Shown here: positions 24,216-29,223 of the stretch, piece by piece
How positions within the stretch are numbered: position 1 is the stretch's first letter
Layout: each line of letters opens with the position of its first letter
Virus record (IMG/VR): IMGVR_UViG_3300020048_006428
Location: 247,178 to 276,400 of that record
Reading direction: 5' to 3' (one strand)
From: a virus
Lineage: Duplodnaviria > Heunggongvirae > Uroviricota > Caudoviricetes
Length of the DNA: 29,223 nt
The notes under the pieces: generated by a model
Database searches by the model: none
What the model was told of the DNA's origin: nothing
Seen by the model: the letters and a program-made list of their open reading frames with translations, nothing else
Translations under genes and position numbers: made by a program

Positions 24216-25391
24216 CTATTTAGTTGTTATATCTTCTATTCCTTCTAATACTAAATTATAGATTCTTCTCAATTCTTCTAAATCTTCTTCAGTTTGATTG
24301 CGTAAAATCGTACCATTTGGCAACTTAACTTGATAAATAGGGAAATAACTATTTTCTATATTTTTAGGTATATTTATATCAGGGGATTCATTGACTTGAT
24401 CTTTGAGTTGATTCAAAAGTTCTTCTGGATTTATAGAATCGTTTTTATAATCAATTACTTTTTTATTGACAACTTTATATGTGTCTATAAAATCTTTAGC
24501 TTCTTCGGCATCTTCTAAACTATTTGCTCTGATATCATTTCCATCAATATTATATGTGTTATTATCATCTTTGAAGTTACCAAGTTTCTTAAGTTTTCTA
24601 GTTGCCTTCCTAAAAATCTTTTGCTTATTTTCCCCACTTAATAGTTTAATAATAAAGTCTAATAAAAACTTAATCAATAGTTCAAAGCTATTCAACTTAG
24701 ACCATAATTCTAAAACTATATTGATATTTGTATTCAATATACTACACAATATTGATAAATTTTTACTATCAACAACAAAGTGAAGTTGATCAAAAATAAA
24801 AGTCAATGGGATAATAGCTTTCAAATCTGAAATCAAAGCCAATAATATATCAACAATCGCCATCGTATATGAAACAGCAAGTGGTATATTCCAAGGTGGT
24901 GCAGCTAATACAATTGATATTGCAGCGATTGATGTACCCGCCTGAACAAAAGCTGCTATCACTTTCTTGTAAATAGTCTTTACTTCTTTGATTAAGTTAT
25001 AAAAAGCAATTTTTATTTCTTTGCGTATTTCTTTTGCTTGTTTTTTTAATTCTGTAACTTTTTCTTTGTAAGCTACTTTCATTTGTTTTATTCTTTCTTC
25101 TTTTCTAATTCTTTTTTCTTCAGGAGTTAATTTATAATTATTCCTATTTTCATTTCCATTTTCATTTTTATCTTCTTCATCTAGTTCTTTTTTCATTTTT
25201 TCTAGTGAAATTTGTTCAGAATCTATAATCATGTCAATATCATCTATTGGCATATTTGGATTTTTTTGCTTAAGTATTTTTTTAGCAACATCATCAATAG
25301 ATAACAGATATGGATCCAAATTAAACACACTATTGAATCCAAGCTCCTGTAATTTTTCTATATTATCTAGTAGTTTTTTATATTCGCTCAT
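24216..25391 (-). CDS. Hypothetical protein with a coiled coil and a central hydrophobic hairpin
   Basis: Charged coiled coil followed by AAFVQAGTSIAAISIVLAAPPWNIPLAVSYTMAIVDILLALIS. Confidence 0.7.
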   Translation of the reverse strand: MSEYKKLLDNIEKLQELGFNSVFNLDPYLLSIDDVAKKILKQKNPNMPIDDIDMIIDSEQISLEKMKKELDEEDKNENGNENRNNYKLTPEEKRIRKEERIKQMKVAYKEKVTELKKQAKEIRKEIKIAFYNLIKEVKTIYKKVIAAFVQAGTSIAAISIVLAAPPWNIPLAVSYTMAIVDILLALISDLKAIIPLTFIFDQLHFVVDSKNLSILCSILNTNINIVLELWSKLNSFELLIKFLLDFIIKLLSGENKQKIFRKATRKLKKLGNFKDDNNTYNIDGNDIRANSLEDAEEAKDFIDTYKVVNKKVIDYKNDSINPEELLNQLKDQVNESPDINIPKNIENSYFPIYQVKLPNGTILRNQTEEDLEELRRIYNLVLEGIEDITTK

Positions 25392-25395
25392 AATT

Positions 25396-25405
25396 TATAT
25401 ATAAA
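25396..25405 (-). promoter_or_regulatory. TTTATATATA, late-motif variant
   Basis: 4 nt upstream of the 25391 ATG. Confidence 0.45.
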
Positions 25406-25629
25406 ATGCTTATATTTTCCTATATTGTAAATTCATAAAAACGAAAAAAAATTATCACATTCATTCACTATTTTATAAACAAAAAATCCATCTAATATCA
25501 AAACAATTATTGGGTATAATTGATACAGGGATAGAATTCTTCATAGAAGATGGTATACCTATTGACTGTATTATTGCTGAACTAAATTTAAAAATAAAAT
25601 TTATAACTGTGGAATGCAGAAGTGGATTT

Positions 25630-27129
25630 TTACCCAAATTTAAAGTTGGCTAAACTACATATCTTACCTTTTACAAGTCCCCTTTCACAACAAGTTCTAA
25701 CTAGTTGAATTGCGGCTACAACTATGAGTGTATATTTTAAAATAGTTAAAACTGGACCGATTTGTGTTTCTAAAATTGCTACTAAACTAGCACCTATGAT
25801 TGGGGCAACTACTTTAGCAAATCCGCTAAAAATAGACTTTAATTTTTGATTTTTATTTATCGATATCTCTCCAGCTCGTTCAATTGATTCTTCTGACACT
25901 TGGCTATTGTCTACTTCATCTTCTGCTTCTCCTGCTTCTCCCGAAATAATTTCATCAACTTTTGGTAGAACTTTACCAAATTCTTTATATTTATATGCCT
26001 TATCTAATCCTCTTCTAGCAATACCCGAGATTAGATATAATGCACCATTTGTTCCATATTTAACGGCTTTTAAAACAAGATAGTCTATAGGTCTAATAAT
26101 TAATTTGAAACATTCTAAAACCCAACCCATTACACCCATTCTACCTTTTACTTTTTTATCAGAAGACTTTGATATTATATCACCACTCTCTTTGTAGAAT
26201 TCATTTCCTTCTTTATCTTTAAAATAGAATTTATCCCCATCTATCTTTGTTATTTCTTTTTCTATTTCTTTTCCGGTTTTAGATTTATACTTTACCCTAT
26301 CACCTACTTTATATTCTTCGGATTCTTCTTGAGATTCATTTAGTATCATATCAACATCACTCAAGTTACCCCCTTCAAATAAAAAACCTTTGAGTGAATA
26401 GTAAACCCTTTCAAAATTGAATTTGCTATAAAGATTGAGTGAATCCTTAACTAAATCTTCAACTTTGTCTAAATCATCAACCCCATCATATTCTGATGCT
26501 TCTTCTTCTAATTTCTTTTTTACATCATCAGAGGTGTTACCCATTTCGCCTTTTGAAAATCTATTCTTTACACCGTTTAAATCTGAAACGACTTCCGCTG
26601 TTTCGGTTGAGAAAGCTTCGTCTGAAATAATTTCAGATAAGGCTTCTACTGATGAACTTTTTTGGTTTTTGATTATCCATCCACCTAAACTTTTAACTAA
26701 TGTGATTCCAGTAGTTTTTGTGATTTCCCAAAGAGCTATAAAGACTTGACTAATTTTTTTAAAGATATTTGATATGGTATCTTTGATATTTTTTAAAAAT
26801 TCAGTGAAACTATTATAAGCTTTTCCGACAAGGTTAATACCTCCTTTCCAAGCATTTTTTGTTGCGTTCCAGACTTTACCAAAGATATTTTCTTCTTCTA
26901 AAATAGAACTATCATTATTTAAAAAACTTTGATAAATTTCTTTAATGATAAATTTATCTAATTTTTTGAAATTTATATTTTTTTTAAATTGAGTAATGTT
27001 AATTCTTTCTGATATGAGACTGCTTTCAAAAATCGATTTATTAGATTCCTTACCAATATTATAATAATAGTAAAGATTGTCAGTTTTTATACTTTGACTA
27101 AAACTTGAATAATTTTTTATATATCTCAC
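25630..27129 (-). CDS. Large tagged protein (MRYIKNYSSF) with amphipathic helices, an SH3-like insert and C-terminal hydrophobic helices; candidate ejection protein
   Basis: GTG start; amphipathic FGKVWNATKNAWKGGINLV; YKVGDRVKY..KEITKIDGDKFYF barrel; C-terminal VVAPIIGASLVAIL..VLTILKYTLIVVAAIQLV. Confidence 0.7.
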   Translation of the reverse strand: MRYIKNYSSFSQSIKTDNLYYYYNIGKESNKSIFESSLISERINITQFKKNINFKKLDKFIIKEIYQSFLNNDSSILEEENIFGKVWNATKNAWKGGINLVGKAYNSFTEFLKNIKDTISNIFKKISQVFIALWEITKTTGITLVKSLGGWIIKNQKSSSVEALSEIISDEAFSTETAEVVSDLNGVKNRFSKGEMGNTSDDVKKKLEEEASEYDGVDDLDKVEDLVKDSLNLYSKFNFERVYYSLKGFLFEGGNLSDVDMILNESQEESEEYKVGDRVKYKSKTGKEIEKEITKIDGDKFYFKDKEGNEFYKESGDIISKSSDKKVKGRMGVMGWVLECFKLIIRPIDYLVLKAVKYGTNGALYLISGIARRGLDKAYKYKEFGKVLPKVDEIISGEAGEAEDEVDNSQVSEESIERAGEISINKNQKLKSIFSGFAKVVAPIIGASLVAILETQIGPVLTILKYTLIVVAAIQLVRTCCERGLVKGKICSLANFKFG

Positions 27130-27203
27130 GTCTTTCTCATTCTTTTTTTCTCTGCAAACACACTAACAGTTTTTCTAACCCATATGTTAGATGGATTTTT
27201 TTT

Positions 27204-27518
27204 CTATGTTAATTTATTATAAAATGATGTTGGATTTTGAACTTTATTTGATAATTTCCATTTTCCTAATTGGATACTATATTTTTTATTAAATTCACCC
27301 CTTAAATTGCCTGATTGTAAATCAGTTAGATATATATGAAATTTTTCAGAATAGTCATTATCATCAACAGGATTCAAAAAATATTCTTCATTATTTTCAA
27401 AATCATCTATTGATTCAATAATACCCATTCCCCAACCATATGACTTTTTTAATATTTTTAATATTTTGGTATAGTCATACTTTTCCATATACATTTCATT
27501 AAATCTTTTAATCTTCAT
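27204..27518 (-). CDS. Hypothetical protein with N-terminal tag MKIKRFNE
   Basis: 104 aa; overlaps the upstream gene. Confidence 0.7.
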   Translation of the reverse strand: MKIKRFNEMYMEKYDYTKILKILKKSYGWGMGIIESIDDFENNEEYFLNPVDDNDYSEKFHIYLTDLQSGNLRGEFNKKYSIQLGKWKLSNKVQNPTSFYNKLT

Positions 27519-28923
27519 CTTTATACTTTTTAATCTTATTTAAAACTAATAAATTAAAATTATCACTAGGTTCTATCTTATATGTAGCTGATAGTTTACT
27601 TGAAATTTCACCACCAGTAAATTTAACAATTATATCACAATCAATAAATGGTTGTTCATCTAATTCCATTCTTAATTTTATTAAGAAATTATTTTGTTCT
27701 TCTTCTTCTTTAATTACAAGTTTAACATGATAATCAAATTTTATTTTTAAATCATCATAAAATTCTCTGAAAAATTGTCTGCTTGGAACTTGATAAAAAT
27801 CATTACCTTTATTACCTAAATAATATATAGTCCTTTCTAAACAACCTAATTTATCAACGATAGATTTAATAAGTTTCATTTTAACTTTTCCCGAAGCTTC
27901 TTTAAATCCATTATCTAATTTCTTAATTTCTTTTAAATTATTTTTGGTTAGTGAATCTGTTAATATATGCTCTAATATTTTTGAATTTAATAAGAATATT
28001 TTTTTCTCAATCCATTCTTTATAAACTCTTTCTTGATCTAAAAAACAAGATTCTCTATTTTTCCAAATTTCATTCATTAAGTCTGAAAGATATAAAATAT
28101 TTTTATCAAATTCTCTTATATGTTCACCTAAATTTCTAAATTTCAAATCTTTATGTTTTAAATTAAAATATTGAAACCAATCTAAAGAATCCATACGTGT
28201 TGGATCAATAAACTTTTCTATATGAATTTGGAAATTCTTATTTGCGTTTTCATATATTATTTTAACCCAATTTTGTATTAACTTATCCCATTTTGGTGTG
28301 TATTCTTCCGAATGTAAATTTTCATATTCATCACCTATCAAATCATCAGCAAATGAATTAAATGAAGCTGTTTTTGTTGCATTTAATTTTTTATTTAGAT
28401 AAAAGCTATATTGTTTACCATTAGTTGCTTCAATTACAATATCTTCATTTATATCTTTAGATTTATTTGGACCAATCCAATATATTTTTCTAATTAAATC
28501 ATCTGTTAATTTTTCATCAACTAATAGTTTATCAATTATATTTCTTGCAGTTATCCTTGCATTAACTAAGTCATTCCAATTTTCTTCAATTGAAAAATCT
28601 ACTGATTCAAATATTCCATTTATTTTAGATGTTTCTTCATCAGATACAAATTTATCATCTTGAAATTTACCTAAATTTAAACGGTTTTTAGCCATTAATA
28701 TGTTTTTTAAATCAGTTATAAAAACTTGTGAGTTTTCGCTATATCTAGCTTTCAAACCTTTATCCAAAAGGTTATCTAAAAATTGATTATTTAATAATAC
28801 CATACTTACACATATTTCTGATATTATATTATCAGGTTTATATGTATTCTTTGGTTTTTCTAAATCGTTTTGAACTTCTGTCAATGATTCAATAAATAGT
28901 TTATATGATTTAAATAATTTCAT
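27508..28923 (-). CDS. Large hypothetical protein with N-terminal tag MKLFKSYKLFIES; possible degenerate restriction-endonuclease-like fold
   Basis: ISEICV...YWIGP..DINEDIVIEATNGKQYSFYL loosely resembles the E...W.G..D-I-V....S-L-K PD-(D/E)XK layout but lacks the canonical K. Confidence 0.6.
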   Translation of the reverse strand: MKLFKSYKLFIESLTEVQNDLEKPKNTYKPDNIISEICVSMVLLNNQFLDNLLDKGLKARYSENSQVFITDLKNILMAKNRLNLGKFQDDKFVSDEETSKINGIFESVDFSIEENWNDLVNARITARNIIDKLLVDEKLTDDLIRKIYWIGPNKSKDINEDIVIEATNGKQYSFYLNKKLNATKTASFNSFADDLIGDEYENLHSEEYTPKWDKLIQNWVKIIYENANKNFQIHIEKFIDPTRMDSLDWFQYFNLKHKDLKFRNLGEHIREFDKNILYLSDLMNEIWKNRESCFLDQERVYKEWIEKKIFLLNSKILEHILTDSLTKNNLKEIKKLDNGFKEASGKVKMKLIKSIVDKLGCLERTIYYLGNKGNDFYQVPSRQFFREFYDDLKIKFDYHVKLVIKEEEEQNNFLIKLRMELDEQPFIDCDIIVKFTGGEISSKLSATYKIEPSDNFNLLVLNKIKKYKDED

Positions 28924-28938
28924 TATTTAATTAATATT

Positions 28939-28956
28939 TTTAATATATATATTAAA
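28939..28956. promoter_or_regulatory. Perfect 18-bp palindrome TTTAATATATATATTAAA containing TTAATATATA on both strands
   Basis: Sits in the 51-bp gap between the divergent tagged genes at 28923 (-) and 28975 (+). Confidence 0.65.
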
Positions 28957-28974
28957 TACCATAAACCAAAAGAA

Positions 28975-29223
28975 ATGAAATTCATAAAACTTTTTGAAAA
29001 CTTTAATAAATCAGAAATTGAAGATATTTGCAGAAAATATGAAATAGAAAATTATACCATAAATCCCGATGGATCTATTGATGTAGATGGTGATGTTAAT
29101 TTATATTATTTGAAATTAACTAAATTACCATTGAAATTTAATAAAGTTTTTGGTGATTTTAGTTGTTCTAATAATGAATTAACCAGTTTAGATGGATGTC
29201 CTAAAGAAGTTGGTGGTGATTTT
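28975..29223 (+). CDS. LRR-like paralogue 3 (partial, runs off the window end)
   Basis: Manual translation: MKFIKLFENFNKSEIEDICRKYEIENYTINPDGSIDVDGDVNLYYLKLTKLPLKFNKVFGDFSCSNNELTSLDGCPKEVGGDF; open to the end of the window. Confidence 0.85.
   Translation, partial: MKFIKLFENFNKSEIEDICRKYEIENYTINPDGSIDVDGDVNLYYLKLTKLPLKFNKVFGDFSCSNNELTSLDGCPKEVGGDF

Noticed and set aside
25405-25653. Plus-strand open frame with a protein-like tail (LGIIDTGIEFFIEDGIPIDCIIAELNLKIKF)
   Set aside because: No in-frame ATG (only a TTG at 25510 giving 47 aa), it overlaps the 3' end of a supported gene, and no promoter motif was seen. Cannot be supported without homologues.
24330-28139. Plus-strand ORFs 24330..24518, 24466..24783, 26435..26749 and 27951..28139
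   Set aside because: Shadows of long minus-strand genes.
1-29223. Genome-wide stop-codon reassignment (TAG or TGA recoding)
   Set aside because: Standard-code ORFs are long and tile the window, conserved enzymes are uninterrupted, and read-through of most TAG ends adds only a few codons.

Overview
A 29.2 kb, very AT-rich, densely coding segment that reads as part of a large tailed-phage (jumbo/huge myovirus-like) genome. Support: a T4 gp6-like baseplate wedge gene, a T4-type Dam methylase, a second DNA methyltransferase, a free-standing GIY-YIG homing endonuclease, a MazG-like pyrophosphohydrolase, a PD-(D/E)XK exonuclease and a possible gp23/gp24-fold protein. A Bacteroidota host is inferred from a DUF151+UVR nuclease, an Hc1-like histone protein, A-rich starts lacking Shine-Dalgarno sequences and two TAnnTTTG promoter matches. 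I found no tRNA, rRNA or canonical CRISPR array. The main unexplained structure is a pair of short peptide tags. (1) An N-terminal MKYLKLFENF-type tag, reminiscent of the T4 capsid-targeting sequence, on genes mostly preceded by a TAATATATA motif. (2) A C-terminal R-x-x-K-[IL]-x-x-[IL]-[IL] helix on plus-strand non-structural genes. At 4415-5009, missed by the ORF track, five coupled micro-ORFs each have a different N-terminus fused to a DNA-level repeated RISKIRKILEK module. One of them consists of just the two tags, its front half being a near-exact copy of the start of an LRR gene elsewhere in the window. The array lies between a DUF932-like gene and a Cas4-like nuclease. Also present are three paralogues of a variable 21-aa LRR family and two disrupted genes. 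All family assignments come from motif recognition by eye; no database searches were run.
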